Assembly: GCA_963754925.1 (NCBI GenBank)
Contig: CAVWHX010000004.1
Span: 352,001 to 416,000, forward strand
Length of the DNA: 64,000 nucleotides
Origin: an uncultured delta proteobacterium
Lineage (GTDB): Bacteria > Myxococcota > B64-G9
Direction: 5' to 3'
Shown here: positions 11,250 through 20,362 of the stretch, piece after piece
Layout: each line of letters opens with the position of its first letter
Position numbering within the stretch: position 1 is the stretch's first letter
Position numbers and translations under genes: made by a program
The notes under the pieces: model-generated
What the model was told of the DNA's origin: nothing
The model's input: the letters and a program-made list of their open reading frames with translations, nothing else
Database searches by the model: none

Positions 11250-11281
11250 CGGTTGCTGAGCGAAGCGACAGGGAGTAGCCG
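11250..11281. repeat. REP-like hairpin with GCGAAGC mini-hairpin
   Basis: CGGTTGCT/AGTAGCCG stem enclosing GAGCGAAGCGA, directly after the apgM stop. Confidence 0.4.
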
Positions 11282-11383
11282 CAGCAAAAACATTGCAAAG
11301 TAACACTAATGGTGGTAGTTAATTACAATATATTCATGGTATTGCTCTCTTGAGTGATACGTGAACGCGTGATGAGGTAACCC

Positions 11384-11830
11384 ATGGCCAGTATCCCGAA
11401 AGAATCTCTCGAACGGCTGGTCTTCTTACGGCGTGAGATCGACCGTATTTTCAGGGAATTCTTCGATCCGCAGCGAACTGAAGCAATGGAAAACGGTGGT
11501 CATTTGGAGGTAGCGTTGGACATGTTCGAGACTCCGGAAGAGTTCGTGATCGAAGCAGAGCTTCCGGGAGTGCAGAAAAGCGAAATTGAGCTCTCGGTGC
11601 TGCGCGACATCATCATCATCGAGGGGACAAAAGCCAAACGCAAGGTGCCTGGCAAATGCAATTATCATTGCATGGAGCGTAACACGGGCAACTTCCGGCG
11701 CATTATCGAGATCCCGGGAGCCGGGGATACACGCGCCATTAAGGCGGAGTTCGATAAAGGCCTGCTCCGATTGCGACTGCCGAAGATCAATGATCGTCGG
11801 GGAAGCCGGTGTACGGTGCCGATTGAATAG
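11384..11830 (+). CDS. Hsp20/alpha-crystallin small heat shock protein
   Basis: DMFET...AELPGV, ER..G.F.R and GLLRLRLPK motifs. Confidence 0.92.
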   Translation: MASIPKESLERLVFLRREIDRIFREFFDPQRTEAMENGGHLEVALDMFETPEEFVIEAELPGVQKSEIELSVLRDIIIIEGTKAKRKVPGKCNYHCMERNTGNFRRIIEIPGAGDTRAIKAEFDKGLLRLRLPKINDRRGSRCTVPIE

Positions 11831-11990
11831 GCCCCGACCGTCGCCGTTCTGGTGGCACACAACGACACCTACCATAACAAAGGGGAGAAACTTTTGCACA
11901 GGGGTGGGAACCGAAATCTTGGGCGTTGCCAACCATGGCCGGATGTGCTTCCCCCTGAAAACCTTGAACGTTTGTCATGTGCGATAACCC

Positions 11991-12665
11991 ATGGTCCAGA
12001 TTAACCTCGAGCAGCGCGAAATCACTCTCAAGATAGTTTATTACGGCCCCGGCCTGTCGGGGAAAACAACCAATTTGCAAGCCATTCATCAACTGATGGA
12101 AGCCGAGGCGCGCGGGCGTCTGATGGTTTTAGACACGGCGGACGATCGAACGCTTTTTTTCGATATGATGCCGGTGTTTTTCAAGACCCAATCAGGCTTC
12201 ACCATTAAGGTAAAGCTGTTTACGGTGCCAGGCCAGGTGATGCATAACTCCACCCGTCGAATAGTGCTCCAAGGGGTCGACGGAATCGTCTTTGTTGCCG
12301 ATTCGCAAAAAACGCAAACCAAGGCCAACAACGACTCGTGGCGAGACCTGACTCAAAACTTGCGCGCCAACAGCTTAGATATTACCAAGCTGCCGGTCGT
12401 TATTCAGTTCAATAAACGCGACTTACCAAACATTCGCTCTGAAGAAGAAATCGAAGCGGTAACGCATCGAGGAAAAGAGCCAGTTTTTTTGGCCTCGGCC
12501 ATTCAAGGAGTTGGGGTGTTCGAGACATTGGACGGCTTGTTGCGTCTAACCTGGCGTACGCTCAATAGCAAATTGCAGCTTGAGCAACGATTGAACCTTC
12601 GCGAAGATGAATTCGTCGCCAATGTATTACGCCGACCAAAGCAGAAGCCGCAAGGAGCGTCATGA
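11991..12665 (+). CDS. MglA/SofG-family small GTPase
   Basis: G1 GPGLSGKTT, G2 DDRTLFFD with intrinsic Arg, G3 TVPGQ, G4 NKRD, G5 SA. Confidence 0.92.
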   Translation: MVQINLEQREITLKIVYYGPGLSGKTTNLQAIHQLMEAEARGRLMVLDTADDRTLFFDMMPVFFKTQSGFTIKVKLFTVPGQVMHNSTRRIVLQGVDGIVFVADSQKTQTKANNDSWRDLTQNLRANSLDITKLPVVIQFNKRDLPNIRSEEEIEAVTHRGKEPVFLASAIQGVGVFETLDGLLRLTWRTLNSKLQLEQRLNLREDEFVANVLRRPKQKPQGAS

Positions 12666-14071
12666 CGTCTGCGCCGCAAATGGCGGGCTCGGTTCTCCAG
12701 CACGAGTTCTCACTCGGCGAGTTGCTCGATGTCGGTTCGTTTCGGGAAGTGTGCCTCAGTTACGCCGAGTTATTTCAAATCGGCTTCAAAATCTTTGACG
12801 AAAACCGGGAACAACTCATCGATGTTAAAGGCGGTGCAGCTGAATATTGCGCTTATATATTCAGCTTGGCGCCTGGTAAGGCGCGTTGCACCCAAGAGGT
12901 CTCGGCCATACGCGAGCTTGCGTTGACGGGCCCGGATCCGGTTCAATACGATTGCTTCACCGGCATGCGCTACCTGCTCGCGCCGATTTATCACGAGGGC
13001 AGCCTGGTCGGCAGGGTGGTGTTCGGTCCGTACCTGCCGGCAGAGGCTCAAGCAATAGTTCCGACCGAGCTGGGCGAGCGTTTCAACGTCGAGGTCGCCT
13101 CACGTCTCTACCAGCGCCTGCGGCGGGTACAAACCGATATTGCGCGCAAAGTAGTCATGAACTTAGTACGGGTGATTGAGGTGTTGTTGTTTACCGGTTA
13201 CAAGCAGGCGCTCACCTCGCGCATGCACGTCGAAACCGTAACCGCATCATACACCGAACTGCAGGAAAAAAACCGCTCCTTGCGGGAGTCGTACGAACGT
13301 CTCAAAGAATTGGATCGACTTAAAAGCAGCTTCCTCGCGACCGTCTCGCACGAACTGAGGACGCCCCTGACATCGGTGATCGGTTACAGTGAAATGCTCC
13401 TCGAAGGCCTCGCCGGCGAGGTGAATACCGAGCAACGTGAATATGTGCGGACCATCATGGAGAAAGGCGAGAACCTTCTGGCGCTCATCAGCAGCATTTT
13501 GGATTTCTCGAAGGTCGAGTCCGGCAATCTGCGACTTAATATTGGACCGACCGACCTTCGGGAGGTTGTACGCGCGGCCTCGAGCACGGTCGTGCCCATG
13601 GCGCACAAACAACAGGTCACTATCGATCTGACCCTGGGAGATGACCTACCGACTATCCAGGCGGACTCTGAAAAAATTCGACAGGCGCTCATCAATATCA
13701 TAGCCAACGCTATCAAGTTCAATCGTAAGGGCGGCAAGGTGGTGGTTCTGGCCGAGCGCATGACGGTTCAACCCCAACCCGCCAAAGAACTAGAGGAACT
13801 ACCGGCGGCGCTCGCTCCGACCGATGTGGAAATGGTACGGCTGACGATAAAAGACACCGGAATAGGCATCCCCCAGGAGAAACTAACGCGCATTTTTGAC
13901 TCATTTTATCAAATAGATCACTCTTCGACGCGCGAGTATGGAGGGACCGGTCTAGGATTGGCTATCGCCAAGAGTTTCATCGAGGCTCACGGGGGCTCCA
14001 TTCAAGTTCAAAGCGAGTTAGGCCGCGGCAGCGCCTTTAATATTCTGCTGCCGGTCGAGCGCGGGCCATAA
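12662..14071 (+). CDS. Cytoplasmic sensor histidine kinase with PocR-like N-terminal domain
   Basis: N-terminal YC...C...YDCFTGM PocR-like pattern; H-box SHELRTPL; N-box NAIKF; DTGIGI and [11 protein letters not shown] overlap with the GTPase. Confidence 0.88.
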   Translation: MTSAPQMAGSVLQHEFSLGELLDVGSFREVCLSYAELFQIGFKIFDENREQLIDVKGGAAEYCAYIFSLAPGKARCTQEVSAIRELALTGPDPVQYDCFTGMRYLLAPIYHEGSLVGRVVFGPYLPAEAQAIVPTELGERFNVEVASRLYQRLRRVQTDIARKVVMNLVRVIEVLLFTGYKQALTSRMHVETVTASYTELQEKNRSLRESYERLKELDRLKSSFLATVSHELRTPLTSVIGYSEMLLEGLAGEVNTEQREYVRTIMEKGENLLALISSILDFSKVESGNLRLNIGPTDLREVVRAASSTVVPMAHKQQVTIDLTLGDDLPTIQADSEKIRQALINIIANAIKFNRKGGKVVVLAERMTVQPQPAKELEELPAALAPTDVEMVRLTIKDTGIGIPQEKLTRIFDSFYQIDHSSTREYGGTGLGLAIAKSFIEAHGGSIQVQSELGRGSAFNILLPVERGP

Positions 14072-14072
14072 A

Positions 14073-15380
14073 TTGTCACAAGGCAGCAGGGGTATGCGGA
14101 TTAAGCTCTTCTATACCTTAATGCTCGGTGTGTTGTTGGGCTGGGCCCTACCACTCGCGGTGTACCTCCGCGGACCCGAATCCTTCGAACCTTCCTGGTT
14201 GTATCCGTATCTGTTGATGGGGACGGTGGTGCTGGCGCTTCTGGGTCAGGCATTCTGGGCCGCGCGTCTGGCCGGCCGCTTCCAACGCCTTACCCAATAC
14301 GCCGAACAACTGGGAACCGGTAATTTGTCCGAGACAACGTTGACTATCTCAAAACTGCCAGCGGAGGGTGAGCGTATCGCCCGGGCGCTCGTGAACGTGC
14401 GCAGCCATTTGGTGCAGGCACTGCAGACTCTTCAGCAATCAGGCAACCGCGCTATTTCTTCACAAACTTCATTAACCGCCTTGGCAAAGGCGATCAACGT
14501 CTCGGCTGGCGAAATTACCTTATCGATGGAGGAGATTTCCAACGGAGCACGCGTTCAAAGCGAACTGTTCGGTAAGACCTCCGCTCTCATCGGTGAGATG
14601 GCCCGCAGCATTGAGCGCACCGCCCGTTCGGCCGAGGATGCCGCCCGCTCTTCAGCCGAAGCCAGTTCGGTGGCCCAATCCGGCAGCAGCATGGCCGGCC
14701 AAGCAGTCGAAAAAATGCGCGGCGTTTTTGAGGAAATCGAACAATACGCCTCGCGCGTGTTTGAGCTTGGCGAGCGCACGAAAGAGATTGGCAATATCGT
14801 GAAAGTCATTACCGAAGTGGCTCAACAAACTCACCTGCTCGCGATCAACGCTGCGATCGAGGCCGCCCGCGCCGGCGAGGCCGGGAGAGGATTCGCGGTG
14901 GTAGCCGAGGAGATTCGGCAATTGGCTGAAAACACCTCACGCTCGGCCGAGCGCATCTCAGGAATTGTCGAGGAAGTGACCATGCGCTCGGTCGAAGCCA
15001 TGCGCGCGGTCAAAGGCAGCACGCAGCGGCTGGCCGATGGGCGTGACCAGCTGTCCGCGATCGTCGAGGCGCTCCAGAACATCGTTGCCACGGTTACCGC
15101 TGGCACCGATCGGGTACAGATCATCAGTCGTCTCGCCCGCGAGCAGATTGCCGGGGCCGAGCAGACGGTGATAGCCTTCGCAAACATTTCGCAGGTGGCC
15201 GAGAAAAACGCCGTTTCAACCGACTCGGTGCGCAGCGCCGCCGACGTTCAGAGCACCTCGCTCATGGAGATCACTCGACTGGCGGCCGAGATCGGTACGC
15301 TGGCAGCGAGCATGGACGAAGAGGTACGTCGGTTCCGCCTCACGAGAGGCCAGGATCATGATGGGCGTAGCAACGCATAG
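14073..15380 (+). CDS. Methyl-accepting chemotaxis protein (DifA-like: two TMs, no periplasmic sensor)
   Basis: [28 protein letters not shown] hairpin; HAMP region; two TMs joined by a short loop. Confidence 0.9.
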   Translation: MSQGSRGMRIKLFYTLMLGVLLGWALPLAVYLRGPESFEPSWLYPYLLMGTVVLALLGQAFWAARLAGRFQRLTQYAEQLGTGNLSETTLTISKLPAEGERIARALVNVRSHLVQALQTLQQSGNRAISSQTSLTALAKAINVSAGEITLSMEEISNGARVQSELFGKTSALIGEMARSIERTARSAEDAARSSAEASSVAQSGSSMAGQAVEKMRGVFEEIEQYASRVFELGERTKEIGNIVKVITEVAQQTHLLAINAAIEAARAGEAGRGFAVVAEEIRQLAENTSRSAERISGIVEEVTMRSVEAMRAVKGSTQRLADGRDQLSAIVEALQNIVATVTAGTDRVQIISRLAREQIAGAEQTVIAFANISQVAEKNAVSTDSVRSAADVQSTSLMEITRLAAEIGTLAASMDEEVRRFRLTRGQDHDGRSNA

Positions 15381-15810
15381 CACCGACGCATACCCGCCCG
15401 GCAGGCGGCATTTGACGTTGATCTTTCGCTTGGGGCCTGAACGTTTTGGCCTGCCACTGTCGGCGGTCATGGAAGTATTTGAGTCGCCCGTTGTCGTCTA
15501 CCCGATACCGGGCACGTCGACTTGGGTTCGCGGCATCCTCAACCACCACGGCCGCGTGATCCCGCTGCTTAATGCTGCGGCGCTGTTACAGGCGGCAGGC
15601 GCTGCTGAATCCGGCCCGGTGATCTTGCTGCAGCTCGCTGGAGAACCGGTTGGCTGGCAGGTGGATCAGATCGAATGTTTGGAGGAAGTCCAGGCCGAGG
15701 GACCTATCGTCGATGGGCGGCGCCGCGCCTGGTTCCGAGGCGCCCTCCTAACCCTGATCGAACCGAATCTCTTTGGAGAAAGCGTGGTACAACAATTGTC
15801 CGAAGTGTAG
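15358..15810 (+). CDS. cheW: CheW-like coupling protein
   Basis: [31 protein letters not shown] and VD motifs. Confidence 0.88.
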   Translation: MMGVATHSTDAYPPGRRHLTLIFRLGPERFGLPLSAVMEVFESPVVVYPIPGTSTWVRGILNHHGRVIPLLNAAALLQAAGAAESGPVILLQLAGEPVGWQVDQIECLEEVQAEGPIVDGRRRAWFRGALLTLIEPNLFGESVVQQLSEV

Positions 15811-15858
15811 ACGGTCGCCGAGTAGGTGCTGATACCGGTTGACGCGCGACGGATCGCC

Positions 15859-15887
15859 TTGACAAGTCATGCGCCCTTCCCTAACAT
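15859..15887 (+). promoter_or_regulatory. Sigma70-type promoter
   Basis: TTGACA-N17-TAACAT, then an AGGAG RBS and ATG at 15943. Confidence 0.6.
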
Positions 15888-15942
15888 GCAGCCCCAGCGC
15901 GTTGTTCACTGCTTTCCTCCCGGACGAAGGAGATATCATTTT

Positions 15943-18900
15943 ATGGACACCGGTGCTCTGAGCCGCCATCCCTCACGAGGTTGGCTATTAGTGTTGTGTT
16001 TGCTGGTTGCACCCTCGTACGCTCGACAAGATACCAAACCTAACGGATCCGATGCTCTTTCCAGCATGGAGGCGTTTAGTTGGACGCTGCTCCAAGTCAA
16101 GCAAGACTACGTCGATCCTACCCGCATTCGGCCCGAGGCCATGATGCATCGCACGTTCGAGTATATGGAACGACGAGTGCCGGAACTGAAGGTCAATCTC
16201 AACGATGGCGTGGCCAAGGTACAGGTCGGCCCACACCACGAAACCTTTACCGTCGGCAAACCGGCCACCATCTGGGAGATGAATTACAACCTCCAGCCGA
16301 TCTTCAAGTTCATCGGCAGTCACCTCGAACCGGACCAGGATCCTAAGGAGGTCGAGATCGCGGCCATTAATGGCATGCTGTCCACTCTCGACCCACATTC
16401 CAATTTACTGCCGCCGGAGCTATACCGCGAAATGCAGCTCAAAACGACCGGCGAGTTCGGTGGCTTGGGAATTCGCATCAGTATCCGCAAGGGAGCGCTG
16501 ACGGTCATCTCACCCCTCCCCGAAACTCCTGCCGCGCGGGTTGGACTCAAGGCCTTGGATCAAATTGTGCGCATCAATGATCAATCCACGGTCAACATGC
16601 CGCTTGACGAGGCGGTTAATTTACTGCGTGGCGTGCCCGGGTCGCAGGTATCGATCTGGATTATGCGGACGGGGTGGAGCGAACCGCACGCGTACGTCAT
16701 GACGCGCGAAACCATTCGGGTGCGCAGCATAGAATCGAAACTGCTCGACCATCAAATCGGCTACATTCAGATCCAAGATTTTGGCGCTCATACCGCTGCT
16801 GATTTATTGCGGCATCTCAACGACCTCAAAAACGAGGGCAAGGGACTGAAAGGATTGATTCTGGACGTCCGCAACAACGCCGGCGGCCTCCTTAAAGCGG
16901 CCATCCAAGTGGCCGATATGTTTTTGGACAAGGGAACCATCGTCGCTACGGTTTCCTACAGCGAAGACAGCACCCCCGAAAAACGCATCCAGAAAAGCCG
17001 CGAGGAGCAGCGTGCCGACGAGGATGTGTTCGATCCGAAACTTCCGATCGTCGTCTTGACCAACAGCGGGAGCGCCTCGGCCTCTGAAATCCTTGCCGGC
17101 GCCCTGAAAAACCTCGATCGCGCGGTACTGATGGGCGAACAAACGTTTGGCAAAGGATCGGTCCAAATCCTCAATGAGCGCGTGCCTCCCTCCATAGAGG
17201 GCGCATGCCTGAAACTGACCGTCGCCGAGTACTTAATCCCAGGAGACATTTCCATTCAGGAGGTTGGCGTAACCCCCGATATCCGATTGATTCCCATGGT
17301 GCTCGATAAGGATACCATTCAGATTTTTGCTGAACCGGCTCGCTTCCGCGAAGAGGATATTCCGGCTCACTTGAAGGTTCAAAACGCCCGGGTATTCCAA
17401 CCGAGCCAGGTCGTGCAGTATCTCTACGACGGTCCCAAGCCGACGGTGGGCACCGAGGACGAACCGCCTATCGAGGAACCAGGCTTCAAGGAGGACTTCG
17501 AAATTCGTCTGGCCAAGGAATTCTTACAACAGGTCAAGAACATCTCGGCTACCGCCATGCTCGATGAAGGCAATGCCTTTCTCCGGACCGTGCAGCAAGC
17601 CGAGCAGCGCAAGCTTGAGGAGCGAATCTCAACGTTCGGCGTTGACTGGTCGAAGGGAACCAGCGCCGCCGGCCAGGGAACGGTCAACTTCACGCTATCT
17701 GGTGACGGCGTCGATAAGGACGGATCAGCTCTGGCCGATCATAACGTTCGCCTGGTATTGACGGTCAAGAATACCGGTCAGGGTCCATTCCACCGGCTCC
17801 GGGCCGAGTCGAAGTCCAAGCATGTCTTGTTCGATCGTCGTGAATTCATATTTGGGCGGGTCGATCCCGGCACAAGTAAAAGCTTCGAGGTGCCTATCAA
17901 AATCCCTCGGGGCGTTTCCAGCCGCACCGATGACCTGCGTTTTACTTTCTTCTGCGAGGATGGTCAGCCGCCGCCTCCCTATGAGACCCGCATCACCACC
18001 CGTGAACTGCCCGAACCGGTCTTTGGCTTTAGCTATCGTATTCTTGATCCAGAAGGTAACGGCGATGGCCTGATCGAACCGGGCGAGAAAATCGATCTGG
18101 ACCTGACCGTCACCAACATCGGCGCGGGCAAGTCGTTCGATACGAAGGCATTGCTCAAAAACAACGCCGGTAAAGATTTATTCCTCGAAGCCGGTCGCGG
18201 AAGAATTACCCTCCAGGACATCCCGCCCGGCCAAGCGCGACATGAGTCGTTCAGTTTCCAGGTGCTGGAGAGTTGCACCAAAGACAAGCTCCCGGTCGAA
18301 GTAACTATCTGGGATTCTGATTTGGGAGCCAGCGCGGTGGCCGACATAGAGTTGCCGGTGATACACGGCAAAGTTCCCACCCCGGCTAAGATCGTAAGCG
18401 GCCTGGAGGTCAAGCGGGCGCGTGCCGAGGTGCGCGGCGGTGCCAGTGCCGGCGCTCCATTGGTGGGATTCGCCCCAAAGGGAGCGCGATTTACGAGCGA
18501 TCGCGTGCTGGGAACGTGGTATCGGATCCAGGGCGCGGCCGCTCCGCTCGGCTGGATTAACCGAGACTCGGCGACAACCATACCGGCCGCCAAAGTCAAA
18601 GCGACAACGAAACTTCTTGAGCCCTTCGTTCAATATACCCCACCGCAGTTCTCAATCGAGAATCTTCCCGCCTATCTCGAAAAAGGCACCAGCGTTACGC
18701 TCCGGGGAAAAGTAACCGACGAGGATCAAGACCTGCGGGAGGTTGCGATCTGGGTGGGAACCGAAAAAGTTTTTCTCCAACCAGGCGTCGCCGGCAATGC
18801 CCGAAAAATCCTCCTTGAGGTGCCGCTGTCGCTGAATCCCGGCCCCAATCTGATCACGGTCATCGCCCGCGAGGGCAGTAAGCTCTCCGCGCAAAAGAGT

Positions 18901-18987
18901 TTTGTAGTTACCCGTCCCGGCGGGCTCGACTGGAAGAAGCCCAGCGACTGGATGGAGGATGAGGATCCCTCCCAAGCCATGGATTAA
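15943..18987 (+). CDS. Large secreted S41 peptidase (myxobacterial MXAN_5808-like) with C-terminal beta-sandwich/SH3-like domains
   Basis: Signal peptide, LDPHS, PDZ, DVRNNAGG, SASASEI, TFGKGSVQ; ~450-aa extension including DPEGNGDGLIEPGE. Confidence 0.85.
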   Translation: MDTGALSRHPSRGWLLVLCLLVAPSYARQDTKPNGSDALSSMEAFSWTLLQVKQDYVDPTRIRPEAMMHRTFEYMERRVPELKVNLNDGVAKVQVGPHHETFTVGKPATIWEMNYNLQPIFKFIGSHLEPDQDPKEVEIAAINGMLSTLDPHSNLLPPELYREMQLKTTGEFGGLGIRISIRKGALTVISPLPETPAARVGLKALDQIVRINDQSTVNMPLDEAVNLLRGVPGSQVSIWIMRTGWSEPHAYVMTRETIRVRSIESKLLDHQIGYIQIQDFGAHTAADLLRHLNDLKNEGKGLKGLILDVRNNAGGLLKAAIQVADMFLDKGTIVATVSYSEDSTPEKRIQKSREEQRADEDVFDPKLPIVVLTNSGSASASEILAGALKNLDRAVLMGEQTFGKGSVQILNERVPPSIEGACLKLTVAEYLIPGDISIQEVGVTPDIRLIPMVLDKDTIQIFAEPARFREEDIPAHLKVQNARVFQPSQVVQYLYDGPKPTVGTEDEPPIEEPGFKEDFEIRLAKEFLQQVKNISATAMLDEGNAFLRTVQQAEQRKLEERISTFGVDWSKGTSAAGQGTVNFTLSGDGVDKDGSALADHNVRLVLTVKNTGQGPFHRLRAESKSKHVLFDRREFIFGRVDPGTSKSFEVPIKIPRGVSSRTDDLRFTFFCEDGQPPPPYETRITTRELPEPVFGFSYRILDPEGNGDGLIEPGEKIDLDLTVTNIGAGKSFDTKALLKNNAGKDLFLEAGRGRITLQDIPPGQARHESFSFQVLESCTKDKLPVEVTIWDSDLGASAVADIELPVIHGKVPTPAKIVSGLEVKRARAEVRGGASAGAPLVGFAPKGARFTSDRVLGTWYRIQGAAAPLGWINRDSATTIPAAKVKATTKLLEPFVQYTPPQFSIENLPAYLEKGTSVTLRGKVTDEDQDLREVAIWVGTEKVFLQPGVAGNARKILLEVPLSLNPGPNLITVIAREGSKLSAQKSFVVTRPGGLDWKKPSDWMEDEDPSQAMD

Positions 18988-19076
18988 CCTATTGATGGCA
19001 GCGCGCCTCGGTCTGTCTGGCGGTGTCGAAGGCTCCGGTGGGTGATCCGTGCTGCCTTGCGAGGTACCGTTGCTTA

Positions 19077-20267
19077 TCAGATGAGAGCTCTTGAATCCGC
19101 TACTGCTTGTTCGATACCGGGTAGCGCCCCGTCGATTTCCTCTGGGGTAACGCAAAAGCACAGTCGTATGTGGCCGGCACGACCAAAACCCGAGCCCGGG
19201 ACGGCCAGAACACGATAGCGTTGCAGCGCCCGAACAAAGGCCATGTCGTCGGGTGTCGGGGTCTGTGGAAAGAGATAGAAGGCGCCTTCGGGTTGCACGC
19301 ACTGCAGCCCCGCCTGGCTGAGGCCACGAAAGAATTGATCGCGTAATCGCTGGTATTGACCGACGTCCACCCGCGCTTCCTGCACATCGGCGACGACGCG
19401 CTGGAACAGCGCCGGGGCATTCACAAACCCAAGAGCACGATTATTGAACGTGAGGGCATTATGCAGCTCCCGTCGATCTCGATGGGCGGGGGATATTGCC
19501 GCGTACCCAATTCGCTCGCCAGGCAGTCCGAGATCTTTCGAGTGCGAGTTAATGAGGATGGTATTCGGGTGGGCGGCCATAACGCTCGGTGCGCTGCGGT
19601 CGTCGAAAACGATTTTTCGATAGGGTTCGTCGCTCAGAATGGTTATCGGCGCTCCGGTAAGACGTTCTTTTTCCGCCAACAGCTCGCCCAGTTCGCGCAG
19701 ACGGGCTCCCGAATACAGGCGACCGGTGGGGTTGTTGGGCGAATTGAGAATTAACACCCGGGTGCGAACACCCACGGCGCGCTCGATAGCGGCCAGGTCA
19801 AGATCGAAATCGGCAGTCGATTCAGCTACGCTGATGACGCCGCCGACGCTGTCGATGTAAAAGAAATACTCGGGGAAGTACGGCGCTATCACCACCACCT
19901 CATCCCCTGGATCAATGAGCGATTTTAGAGCCACATTCATCGCGCCGGCCGCCCCGCTGGTCATGATGACATCTTCGCCTTCTATCGGCACCCCGAGATC
20001 GCGACGCAGGTACTCCCCCACCCGTGCCCGACATTCGGGATAACCGGCATTGGGCATATACCGGTGCATGCCTGGTGTTGGATTCAGCACGGCCTCGCGC
20101 AGAGCCCTTTGCACCGCCGTGGGGGGTTCGAGAATCGGGTTTCCCAGCGTGAAGTCGTATACCGGCGCGGCGTTGGGCTCTTGGCGTAAGTGTAACCCTT
20201 CCTCAAACATTCTCCGGATCCACGAAGCTTGGTTCATGAAACGTTCGGTTTTTTTAGATATAGCCAT
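19077..20267 (-). CDS. PLP-dependent class I/II aminotransferase
   Basis: NSPNNPTG, SDEPY and SHSKDLGLPGERIG motifs. Confidence 0.92.
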   Translation of the reverse strand: MAISKKTERFMNQASWIRRMFEEGLHLRQEPNAAPVYDFTLGNPILEPPTAVQRALREAVLNPTPGMHRYMPNAGYPECRARVGEYLRRDLGVPIEGEDVIMTSGAAGAMNVALKSLIDPGDEVVVIAPYFPEYFFYIDSVGGVISVAESTADFDLDLAAIERAVGVRTRVLILNSPNNPTGRLYSGARLRELGELLAEKERLTGAPITILSDEPYRKIVFDDRSAPSVMAAHPNTILINSHSKDLGLPGERIGYAAISPAHRDRRELHNALTFNNRALGFVNAPALFQRVVADVQEARVDVGQYQRLRDQFFRGLSQAGLQCVQPEGAFYLFPQTPTPDDMAFVRALQRYRVLAVPGSGFGRAGHIRLCFCVTPEEIDGALPGIEQAVADSRALI

Positions 20268-20362
20268 ACTATTATCATTAGCAAAAAATCAGGTCTTGAT
20301 CAAAACTGAGTTCTCGGTGTAACGATTTATTAAGAGTATACTGCCTTTGGTAGGATGGAATC

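Noticed and set aside
11330..11365. CIRCE element before hsp20
   Set aside because: TTGCTCTC/GAGTGATA half-sites lack the 9-nt spacer and match poorly.
18998..19057. GGCAGCGCG...CGTGCTGCC stem between convergent genes as an ncRNA
   Set aside because: Only a 9-bp closing stem with no recognisable family motif; may simply aid termination.
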